Shown: positions 53,071-64,000 of the stretch, piece by piece
Layout of the letters: every line of letters starts with the position of its first letter
How positions within the stretch are numbered: the stretch's first letter is position 1
Assembly: GCF_037042905.1 (NCBI RefSeq)
Contig: NW_026974140.1
Location: forward strand, 684,001-748,000
Length of the DNA stretch: 64,000 nucleotides
Source: Lytechinus pictus
Taxonomy: Eukaryota
Direction: 5' to 3'
Notes under the pieces: model-generated
The model's database searches: none
What the model was told of the DNA's origin: nothing
What the model saw: the letters and a program-made list of their open reading frames with translations, nothing else
Position numbers and translations under genes: made by a program

Positions 53071-56000
53071 AAATGCAGCTCCTCGGTAATTCCCCGCAGA
53101 CAAAGTCCGGAGGGGGCATTAAGCGTTGCCCCTGTCCGTTGATTCGCCCGCCCCCCCAATTGGTTTCCGCGCAATAAATCGAAATATATTTCGATTTATA
53201 TATATTGATTTAAAAAAAAATTGGTGTGTAGGTACATGACACCATAGTACAGGCTAACTTTGAATTCGGAGTCTGCAGGTCCAAGGTCACAGCTCATGAA
53301 ATATCCGAGTTGGTTTCCACATGATGACTTATGAAATATTCTACATATTTAAACGAATTTGAGTGTGTAGGTAGATGACACCAAAATACAGGTTAAGTTC
53401 GAATTCGTAGTCGGCAGGTCAAAGGTCACGGCTCATTAAATATGCAATTTAGTTTCCACATGATTACTTTAAAAATATTCTACATATTTAAACAAATTTG
53501 AGCGTGTAGGTAGATGATACCAATACAGGCTAAGTTCGAATTCGGAGTATGCAGGTCAAAGATCACAGCTCCTTAAAGATATCTTATGAAATATGCAACA
53601 GATTTTAAAAAAATTTGGGTGTGTAGGTAGATGATGATGATGATGCACAGCATTTTTACAGCGGCGTAACAGGGTTCGGTGGCCAGGGGGGGGGGGGGGG
53701 CAAGAGCCAAAAATTTCCCGGTCATATCATGGTATGAATAGGCGTAATGGTGTAATAAGGCGACTATTTTGAGAAATGCAGCTCCTTGGTAATTATGCCC
53801 CAGCAGACAAAGCCTGGAGGGGGCATTAAGCGTTGCCCCTGTCCGTTGATTCGCCCGCCCCCCCCACTTGGTTTCCGTGCAATAAATCGAAATATATTTT
53901 GATTTATATATATTGATTAAAAAAAATTTTGGTGTGTAGGTATGTGACACCATAGTACAGGCTAACTTTGAATTCGGAGTCTGCAGGTCCAAGGTCACAG
54001 CTCATGAAATATCCGAGTTGGTTTCCACATGATGACTTATGAAATATTCTACATATTTAAACGAATTTGAGTGTGTAGGTAGATGACACCAAAATACAGG
54101 TTAAGTTCGAATTCGTAGTCGGCAGGTCAAAGGTCACGGCTCATTAAATATGCAATTTAGTTTCCACATGATTACTTTAAAAATATTCTACATATTTAAA
54201 CAAATTTGAGTGTGTAGGTAGATGATACCAATACAGGCTAAGTTCGAATTCGGAGTATGCAGGTCAAAGATCACAGCTCCTTAAAGATATCTTATGAAAT
54301 ATGCAACAGATTTTTAAAAAATTTGGGTGTGTAGGTAGATGATGATGATGATGCACAGCATTTTTACGGCGGCGTAACAGGGTTCGGTGGCCAGGGGGGG
54401 GGGGGCAAGAGCCAAAAATTTCCCGGTCATATCATGGTATGAATAGGCGTAATGGTGTAATAAGGCGACTATTTTGAGAAATGCAGCTCCTTGGTAATTA
54501 TGCCCCCGCAGACAAAGTCCGGAGGGGGCATTAAGCGTTGCCCCTGTCCGTTGATTCGCCCGCCCCCCCCCCCCCACTTGGTTTCCGCGCAATAAATCGA
54601 AATATATTTCGATTTATATATATTGATTTAAAAAAAATTTGGTGTGTAGGTACATGACACCATAGTACAGGCTAACTTTGAATTCAGAGTCTGCAGGTCC
54701 AAGGTCACAGCTCATGAAATATCCGAGTTGGTTTTCGCATGATGACTTATTAAATATTCAACAGATTCATAAAAATTATGGTGTGTAGGTAGATGACACC
54801 AAATACAGGCTAAGTTCGGAGTCGGCAGGTCAAAGGTCACGGCTCATTAAATATGCAATTTAGTTTCCGCATGATTACTTATGAAATATTCTAAATATTT
54901 AAACGAATTTGAGTGTGTAGGTAGATGACACCAAAATACAGGTTAAGTTCGAATTCGTAGTCGGCAGGTCAAAGGTCACGGCTCATTAAATATGCAATTT
55001 AGTTTCCGCATGATTACTTATAAAATATTCTACATATTTAAACAAATTTGAGTGTGTAGGTAGATGATACCAATACAGGCTAAGTTCGAATTCGGAGTAT
55101 GCATGTCAAAGATCACAGCTCCTTAAAGATATCTTATGAAATATTCAACAGATTTTTAAAAAATTTGGGTGTGTAGGTAGATGATGATGATGATGCACAG
55201 CATTTTTACAGCGGCGTAACAGGGTTCGGTGGCCAGGGGGGGGGGGGGGCAAGAGCCAAAAATTTCCCGGTCATATCATTGTATGAATAGGCGTAATGGT
55301 GTAATAAGGCGACTATTTTGAGAAATGCAGCTCCTTGGTAATTATGCCCTCGCAGACAAAGTCCGGAGGGGGCATAAAGCGTTGCCCCTGTCCGTTGATT
55401 CGCCCGCCCCCCCACTTGGTTTCCGCGCAATAAATCGAAATATATTTCGATTTATATATATTGATTAAAAAAAAATTTGGTGTGTAGGTACATGACACCA
55501 TAGTACAGGCTAACTTTGAATTCGGAGTCTGCAGGTCCAAGGTCACAGCTCATGAAATATCTGAGTTGGTTTTCGCATGATGACTTATGAAATATTCAAC
55601 AGATTTAAACAAATTTGAGTGTGTAGGTAGATGATGATGATGATGCACAGCATTTTTACAGCGGCGTAACAGGGTTCGGTGGCCAGGGGGGGGGGGGGGG
55701 CAAGAGCCAAAAATTTCCCGGTCATATCATGGTATGAATAGGCCTAATGGTGTAATAAGGCGACTATTTTGAGAAATGCAGCTCCTTGGTAATTATGCCC
55801 TCGCAGACAAAGTCTGGAGGGGGCATTAAGCGTTGCCCCTGTCCGTTGATTCGCCCGCCCCCCACTTGGTTTCCGCGCAATAAATCGAAATATATTTCGA
55901 TTTATATATATTGATTTAAAAAAAATTTGGTGTGTAGGTACATGACACCATAGTACAGGCTAACTTTGAATTCGGAGTCTGCAGGTCCAAGGTCACAGCT

Positions 56001-58558
56001 CATGAAATATCTGAGTTGGTTTTCGCATGATGACTTATGAAATATTCAACAGATTTATGAAAATTATGGTGTGTAGGTAGATGACACCAAATACAGGCTA
56101 AGTTCGGAGTCGGCAGGTCAAAGGTCACGGCTCATTAAATATGCAATTTAGTTTCCGCATGATTACTTATGAAATATTCTAAATATTTAAACGAATTTGA
56201 GTGTGTAGGTAGATGACACCAAAATACAGGTTAAGTTCGAATTCGTAGTCGGCAGGTCAAAGGTCACGGCTCATTAAATATGCAATTTAGTTTCCGCATG
56301 ATTACTTATAAAATATTCTACATATTTAAACAAATTTGAGTGTGTAGGTAGATGATACCAATACAGGCTAAGTTCGAATTCGGAGTATGCATGTCAAAGA
56401 TCACAGCTCCTTAAAGATATCTTATGAAATATTCAACAGATTTTTAAAAAATTTGGGTGTGTAGGTAGATGATGATGATGATGCACAGCATTTTTACAGC
56501 GGCGTAACAGGGTTCGGTGGCCAGGGGGGGGGGGGGGCAAGAGCCAAAAATTTCCCGGTCATATCATGGTATGAATAGGCGTAATGGTGTAATAAGGCGA
56601 CTATTTTGAGAAATGCAGCTCCTTGGTAATTATGCCCTCGCAGACAAAGTCCGGAGGGGGCATTAAGCGTTGCCCCTGTCCGTTGATTCGCCCGCCCCCC
56701 CACTTGGTTTCCGCGCAATAAATCGAAATATATTTCGATTTATATATATTGATTAAAAAAAATTTTGGTGTGTAGGTACATGACACCATAGTACAGGCTA
56801 ACTTTGAATTCGGAGTCTGCAGGTCCAAGGTCACAGCTCATGAAATATCTGAGTTGGTTTTCGCATGATGACTTATGAAATATTCAACAGATTTATGAAA
56901 ATTATGGTGTGTAGGTAGATGACACCAAATACAGGCTAAGTTCGGAGTCGGCAGGTCAAAGGTCACGGCTCATTAAATATGCAATTTAGTTTCCGCATGA
57001 TTACTTATGAAATATTCTAAATATTTAAACGAATTTGAGTGTGTAGGTAGATGACACCAAAATACAGGTTAAGTTCGAATTCGTAGTCGGCAGGTCAAAG
57101 GTCACGGCTAATTAAATATGCAATTTAGTTTCCGCATGATTACTTATAAAATATTCTACATATGTAAACAAATTTGAGTGTGTAGGTAGATGATACCAAT
57201 ACAGGCTAAGTTCGAATTCGGAGTATGCAGGTCAAAGATCACAGCTCCTTAAAGATATCTTATGAAATATTCAACAGATTTTTAAAAAATTTGGGTGTGT
57301 AGGTAGATGATGATGATGCACAGCATTTTTACAGCGGCGTAACAGGGTTCGGTGGCCAGGGGGGGGGGGGGGCAAGAGCCAAAAATTTCCCGGTCATATC
57401 GTGGTATGAATAGGCGTAATGGTGTAATAAGGCGACTATTTTGAGAATTGCAGCTCCTTGGTAATTTTGCCCCCGCAGACAAAGTCCGGAGGGGGCATTA
57501 AGCGTTGCCCCTGTCCGTTGATTCGCCCGCCCCCCCACTTGGTTTTCGCGCAATAAATCGAAATATATTTCGATTTATATATATTGATTAAAAAAAAATT
57601 TGGTGTGTAGGTACATGACACCATAGTACAGGCTAACTTTGAATTTGGAGTCTGCAGGTCCAAGGTAACAGCTCATGAAATATCCGAGTTGGTTTTCACA
57701 TGATGACTTATGAAATATTCAACAGATTTATAAAAATTATGGTGTGTAGGTAGATGACACCAAATACAGGCTAAGTTCAGAGTCGGCAGGTCAAAGGTCA
57801 CGGCTCATTAAATATGCAATTTAGTTTCCGCATGATTATTTATGAAATATTCTAAATATTTAAACGAATTTGAGTGTGTAGGTAGATGACACCAAAATAC
57901 AGGTTAACTTTGAATTCGGAGTCTGCAGGTCCAAGGTCACAGCTCATGAAATATCTGAGTTGGTTTTCGCATGATGACTTATGAAATATTCAACAGATTT
58001 ATGAAAATTATGGTGTGTAGGTAGATGACACCAAATACAGGCTAAGTTCGGAGTCGGCAGGTCAAAGGTCACGGCTCATTAAATATGCAATTTAGTTTCC
58101 GCATGATTACTTATGAAATATTCTAAATATTTAAACGAATTTGAGTGTGTAGGTAGATGACACCAAAATACAGGTTAAGTTCGAATTCGTAGTCGGTAGG
58201 TCAAAGGTCACGGCTCATTAAATATGCGATTTAGTTTCCGCATGATTACTTAAAAAATATTCTACATATTTAAACAAATTTGAGTGTGTAGGTAGATGAT
58301 ACCAATACAGGCTAAGTTCGAATTCGGAGTATGCAGGTCAAAGATCACAGCTCCTTAAAGATATCTTATGAAATATTCAACAGATTTTTAAAAAATTTGG
58401 GTGTGTAGGTAGATGATGATGTTGATGATGCACAGCATTTTTACAGCGGCGTAACAGGGTTCGGTGGCCAGGGGGGGGGAGGGCAAGAGCCAAAAATTTC
58501 CCGGTCATATCATGGTATGAATAGGCGTAATGGTGTAGTAAGGCGACTATTTTGAGAA
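53071..58558 (+). repeat. Higher-order tandem array of a Helentron-associated (HINE/DINE-1-like) element, 7 units
   Basis: Units start near 53073, 53776, 54481, 55325, 55776, 56613 and 57448. Each has a TGCCCCC...GGGGGCA hairpin, GTCCGT, and 132-139 bp subunits containing AGGTCAAAGGTCA. Confidence 0.85.
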
Positions 58559-59127
58559 GGCCAGAACTTATCTTTAAAAAAAGTTGCGAGCGAGCGAAGC
58601 GAGCGAGCAATTTTTTTTTACCTTTTTAATACAAAATCCAATTTTGTGATAGATTTTGACATGATATCCAGATAATAAATTTATTTAATTCTTCTCTCTT
58701 TAGATTCCTTTTTTTGTCACGGTGGTCTGTACGCGCCACTGTGAAGAGGATTATTTGCGGCAGTAGCGTGAAGAGTAAAAAACAAAACAAAAAAACAACG
58801 AGGGGCGCAGTATAGAACATGTGCCAAAAGGCTGCTTTATATATATATATATATAAGTCCTGAGCGAGCGAGAAAAAAAATCAACTTTTCATGAGAATAT
58901 AACTTTGAGCTATTTTTTAACATATTCAGTAATTAAAATCATATCCTACAATACTTTTCCAACAAAAAAGGAGGTAATTCCTCCTTTTTTTTTAAATATT
59001 CCATTTTCAGTAGCCAAATAGAGATGAAAATTATCCTATTTGGGAGGGTAACCATGGACCTGGGCCTTTACTGTGTATTTACAGTAAACTCTTACTAAAT
59101 GAACAAATATATAAAAAATTTGGTTTA

Positions 59128-59879
59128 CCCTACATAATAATCCTGGGCTACTTTTAGATTGCATAGCCCGGGGGGGGGGGGGAGGCTTTTTGGTCCCCCT
59201 CTTCAGATCTCCGTCGATCGCAACGAAAACCAATACACACGTCACCATCAATGTAATCTGCAAGCATGGAGCTAAGGGTGTATCGCTGATTTTACAGAAT
59301 TTAAATTTATTTTTAATAAATTAATAATGCTAATTTATGCCTAAATATAGAATTCTCTGCTTTAAAGGTAAATCTCTAAATAATTCCCCAAATTCTATGA
59401 TTTCTAAACAAATGTGCTCCTGAAAAAAATGGTAAATCAAATTTCTAATCTTATGTATTTTATTGGTTTTATAATTCCATACGTATTTCTTAGTTTTGGG
59501 GCCTTATGTATTTTATTGGTTTTTTTCAATGGGATCACTTCGTGGTACTATTCCAATTATAAAAAGCAAAGATTTGATTATTTTCAACCAATCAGTGCAA
59601 GAATAATGATGCATTTGTCAATTATGACTGAAAACAGAATTTCCATTGAATTAAATATGTATACAAAATAATATTTTTTAGCAATTTTTGGTCCAACATA
59701 AACTCATAAAATGTTGGGTAACTGCGTATCCGGGCGTCTTGAATTTGGTCTCAAAAGCTCTGCGAGAATTGAACGGAAAAAAAATTGTGGTACCTCGTTT
59801 CTCATTGTGGACTTATCGTGAAAAATGTGGATAGGGGGCTTATTAAGCCCCCCCCCCCCCCCCCAGGGGCTAGATAGGG
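59128..59879. mobile_element. piggyBac-like MITE within the tandem unit (second copy about 61110-61859)
   Basis: TTTA|CCCTA left end; TAGGG|TTAA right end; G/C runs near the termini. Confidence 0.55.
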
Positions 59880-60682
59880 TTAATATATCATGAATATAAA
59901 AAAAAAACCATTTATTTTGTTGCAAGTCACTGGAAAAGGTTTGATTCCTAAATAAATATTATTCTTCATGTACTATTATCAAATATTTAATTGAAAAATG
60001 TTAAGCTATCTTTTCATTCGATGTATTAAGCGCTATATAAAAGCGGATTATTATTATTATTATTAGGTTTTATCATAAATTTACTTTTTGAAAATTATGC
60101 TATTTTGTGACTAAGGCTACGTTTCATGTACTTTCCACCAATAGTATACGATATCAATGGATTCTAGTTAATCCTTTTGGGTAAGATTGGAACTAACTCT
60201 GTGTTTGGTAGATAAAGTTATATGACTAACTTGTCCAAGTGTTGAGAAACGGGCCCCTGCTGAGTACATGTAGGCCTAGAGTTTTTATGCCCCCACAGAC
60301 GAAGCCCAGAGGGGGCATTAAGCGTTGCCCCTGTCCGTCCCCCCCCCCCCCCCACTTGGGTTTCCGCGCAATAACTCGAAAAATATTTAATGGATTTAAA
60401 AAAAATTTTGATGTGTAGGTAGATGACCACAAAATACAGGCTAAGTTCGAATTCGGAGTCCGCAGGTCAAAGGTCACATCTCATTATATATGCAAGTCGG
60501 TTCAAAGGTCTGAATTTGTTAATTATATATATATGCATATTGGTTTCTGTATGATATTAAGTTCAATCATATTGAATGGATTTCTGATCGCGTTAAGCAG
60601 GGGCATCTGTGTCCTTTGGACACGTCAAATTTTCTTAATTATGTGTAATTGATTTTATGACATGTGTTTACATTTGCTGCAG

Positions 60683-60892
60683 ATTCCCATTCAGCCCGTT
60701 GGACTGAACCGGTACTGTAACACAGTATGGATGGTCAATATGAAGCGAGCTTCATTGAATTCTTCCAAGAGCTTTGTACTCCGTTTTGCTCATTTTGAAG
60801 ATGGTAGCTTTGACAGGACTGGGCAAGTGACACGTCTTTATAGACAGGATGCTGTCCCAACCATATTTGATTTCCTGCCTCGTCTTCAGAAG
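60683..60892 (+). pseudogene. THAP zinc-finger exon 2 remnant, copy 1
   Basis: CAG| acceptor then A TTC CCA TTC (FP motif); WMVNMKR...VLRFAHFEDGSFDRTGQVTRLYRQDAVPTIFDF..LQK|GTAGAG donor; disrupted 5' part. Confidence 0.85.
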
Positions 60893-62663
60893 GTAGAGTA
60901 GATCTATATCATACATGTGTTCTGAAGAAATATTTTCTCTGTATTATCTACCTTTGGTTTGATAAAACATTGCTTTAAATATTCCATTTTCAGTAGCCAA
61001 ATAGAGATGAAAATTATCCTATTTGGGAGGTTAACCATGGACCTGGGCCTTTACTGTGTATTTACAGTAAACTCTTACTAAATGAACAAATATATTAAAA
61101 ATTTGGTTTACCCTACATAATAATCCTGGGCTACTTTTAGATTGCATAGCCCGGGGGGGGGGGAGGCTTTTTGGTCCCCCTCTTCAGATCTCCGTCGATC
61201 GCAACGAAAACCAATACACACGTCACCATCAATGTAATCTGCAAGCATGGAGCTAAGGGTGTATCGCTGATTTTACAGAATTTAAATTTATTTTTAATAA
61301 ATTAATAATGCTAATTTATGCCTAAATATAGAATTCTCTGCTTTAAAGGTAAATCTCTAAATAATTCCCCAAATTCTATGATTTCTAAACAAATGTGCTC
61401 CTGAAAAAAATGGTAAATCAAATTTCTAATCTTATGTATTTTATTGGTTTTATAATTCCATACGTATTTCTTAGTTTTGGGGCCTTATGTATTTTATTGG
61501 TTTTTTTCAATGGGATCACTTCGTGGTACTATTCCAATTATAAAAAGCAAAGATTTGATTATTTTCAACCAATCAGTGCAAGAATAATGATGCATTTGTC
61601 AATTATGACTGAAAACAGAATTTCCATTGGATTAAATATGTATACAAAATAATATTTTTTAGCAATTTTTGGTCCAACATAAACTCATAAAATGTTGGGT
61701 AACTGCGTATCCGGGCGTCTTGAATTTGGTCTCAAAAGCTCTGCGAGAATTGAACGGAAAAAAAAATTGTGGTACCTCGTTTCTCATTGTGGACTTATCG
61801 TGAAAAATGTGGATAGGGGGGCTTATTAAGCCCCCCCCCCCCCCAGGGGCTAGATAGGGTTAATATATCATCATGAATATAAAAAAAAAAAAACATTTAT
61901 TTTGTTGCAAGTCACTGGAAAAGGTTTGATTCCTAAATAAATATTATTCTTCATACTATTATCAAATATTTAATTGAAAAATTTTAAGCTATCTTTTCAT
62001 TCGATGTATTAAGCGCTATATAAAAGCGGATTATTATTATTATTATTAGGTTTTATCATAAATTTACTTTTTGAAAATTATGCTATTTTGTGACTAAGGC
62101 TACGTTTCATGTACTTTCCACCAATAGTATACGATATCAATGGATTCTAGTTAATCCTTTTGGGTAAGATTGGAACTAACTCTGTGTTTGGTAGATAAAG
62201 TTATATGACTAACTTGTCCAAGTGTTGAGAAACGGGCCCCTGCTGAGTACATGTAGGCCTAGAGTTTTTATGCCCCCACAGACGAAGCCCAGAGGGGGCA
62301 TTAAGCGTTGCCCCTGTCCGTCCCCCCCCCCCCCACTTGGGTTTCCGCGCAATAACTCGAAAAATATTTAATGGATTTAAAAAAAATTTTGGTGTGTAGG
62401 TAGATGACCACAAAATACAGGCTAAGTTCGAATTCGGAGTCCGCAGGTCAAAGGTCACATCTCATTATATATGCAAGTCGGTTCAAAGGTCTGAATTTGT
62501 TAATTATATATATATGCATATTGGTTTCTGTATGATATTAAGTTCAATCATATTGAATGGATTTCTGATCGCGTTAAGCAGGGGCATCTGTGTCCTTTGG
62601 ACACGTCAAATTTTCTTAATTATGTGTAATTGATTTTATGACATGTGTTTACATTTGCTGCAG

Positions 62664-62869
62664 ATTCCCATTCAGCCGTTGGACTGAACCGGTACTGTAA
62701 CACAGTATGGATGGTCAATATGAAGCGAGCTTCATTGAATTGTTCCAAGAGCTTTGTACTCCGTTTTGCTCATTTTGAAGATGGTAGCTTTGACAGGACT
62801 GGGCAAGTGACACGTCTTAGACAGGATGCTGTCCCAACCATATTTGATTTCCTGCCTCGTCTTCAGAAG
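62664..62869 (+). pseudogene. THAP zinc-finger exon 2 remnant, copy 2
   Basis: Same exon in the second tandem unit: FPFSR...WMVNMKR...HFEDGSFDRTGQVTRLRQDAVPTIF. Confidence 0.85.
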
Positions 62870-63475
62870 GTAGAGTAGATCTATATCATACATGTGTTCT
62901 GAAGAAATATTTTCTCTGTATTATCTACCTTTGGTTTGATAAAACATTGCTTTAAATATTCCATTTTCAGTAGCCAAATAGAGATGAAAATTATCCTATT
63001 TGGGAGGTTAACCATGGACCTGGGCCTTTACTGTGTATTTACAGTAAACTCTTACTAAATGAACAAATATATTAAAAATTTGGTTTACCCTACATAATAA
63101 TCCTGGGCTACTTTTAGATTGCATAGCCCGGGGGGGGGGGGGGAGGCTTTTTGGTCCCCCTCTTCAGATCTCCGTCGATCGCAACGAAAACCAATACACA
63201 CGTCACCATCAATGTAATCTGCAAGCATGGAGCTAAGGGTGTATCGCTGATATTACAGAATTTAAATTTATTTTTAATAAATTAATAATGCTAATTTATG
63301 CCTAAATATAGAATTCTCTGCTTTAAAGGTAAATCTCTAAATAATTCCCCAAATTCTATGATTTCTAAACAAATGTGCTCCTGAAAAAAATGGTAAATCA
63401 AATTTCTAATCTTATGTATTGGTTCTATAATTCCATACGTATTTCTTAGTTTTGGGGCCTTATGTATTTTATTGG

Positions 63476-64000
63476 TTTTTGTCTCGCCTGCATAGCAGAG
63501 CGAGACTATAGGCGCCGCTTTTCCGACGGCGGCGGCGGCGTCAACATCAAATCTTAACCTAAGGTTAAGTTTTTGAAATGACATCATAACTTAGAAAGTA
63601 TATGGACCTAGTTCATGAAACTTGGGAATAAGGTTAATCAAGTATTGGTAAACATCCTGCTCGAGTTTGAGGTCACGTGACCAAGGTCAAAGGTCATTTA
63701 GGGTCAATGAACTTTGGTCAAGTTGGGGGTATTTGTTGAATTACTATCATAACTTTGAAAATTTATGGATCTAGTCCATGAAACTTGGACATAAGGTTAA
63801 TCAAGTATTAGTGAACATCCTGCCTGAGTTTCAGGTCACATGACCAAGGTCAAAGGTCTTTTAGGGTCAATGAACTTTTGCCAAGTTGGGGGTATTTGTT
63901 GAATTACCATCATAACTTTGAAAATTTATGGATTTAGTTCATGAAACTTGGACATTAGGTTAATCAAGTACCACTGAATATCCTGTGCGAGTTTCAGGTC
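63476..64000 (+). mobile_element. Helentron-associated (HINE-like) element running off the window
   Basis: Starts in a T-run; GTCTCGC...GCGAGAC hairpin, (GGC)n, then internal tandem repeats with CAAGGTCAAAGGTC; interrupts the third 1.98 kb unit. Confidence 0.7.

Larger units (their letters stand above)
58991..63478 (+). repeat. About 1.98 kb near-identical tandem duplication (2 full units plus a partial third)
   Basis: TTTAAATATTCCATTTTCAGTAGCC at 58991, 60974 and 62951. Confidence 0.92.

Noticed and set aside
53573..58610. Recurrent 66-141 aa ORFs in the tandem array
   Set aside because: Frames shift with homopolymer length; no protein motifs.
59414..59671. Duplicated 85 aa hydrophobic ORF (also 61395-61652)
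   Set aside because: Lies within an AT-rich MITE, has a non-ATG start, and its identity simply reflects the recent tandem duplication.

Overview
Eukaryotic, AT-rich, intron-like DNA that is almost entirely nested transposon debris. The repeat types suggest an invertebrate animal, perhaps a sea urchin, but that is inference. One host coding exon is recognisable: the terminal exon of a WSCD-family sulfotransferase (36031-36401, minus strand). Transposon-derived coding relics are a young L2-group LINE ORF2 with a single nonsense codon (44263-46716), an older LINE endonuclease fragment, a degraded L1/Tx1-type ORF1, and a decayed two-exon THAP zinc-finger gene (exon 1 at 51934, exon 2 at 60683 and duplicated at 62664) downstream of a P-element-like end. 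About 20 non-autonomous DNA transposons can be delimited by terminal inverted repeats (TIRs) and target-site duplications (TSDs). Superfamily labels (Merlin-, hAT-, Academ-, Kolobok-, Tc1/mariner-, MuDR-, EnSpm-, piggyBac-, Harbinger-like, Helentron-associated) rest on terminal signatures only. There are several hierarchical tandem arrays. I found no rRNA, tRNA or CRISPR array and no clear intact novel system. The best leads are the reconstructed THAP/P-like element, a self-nesting Merlin-like element, an Academ-like element carrying a YY1-motif array and a cryptic exon, a 31 kb inverted pair around the WSCD exon, and a recurring recombinase-site-like palindrome.
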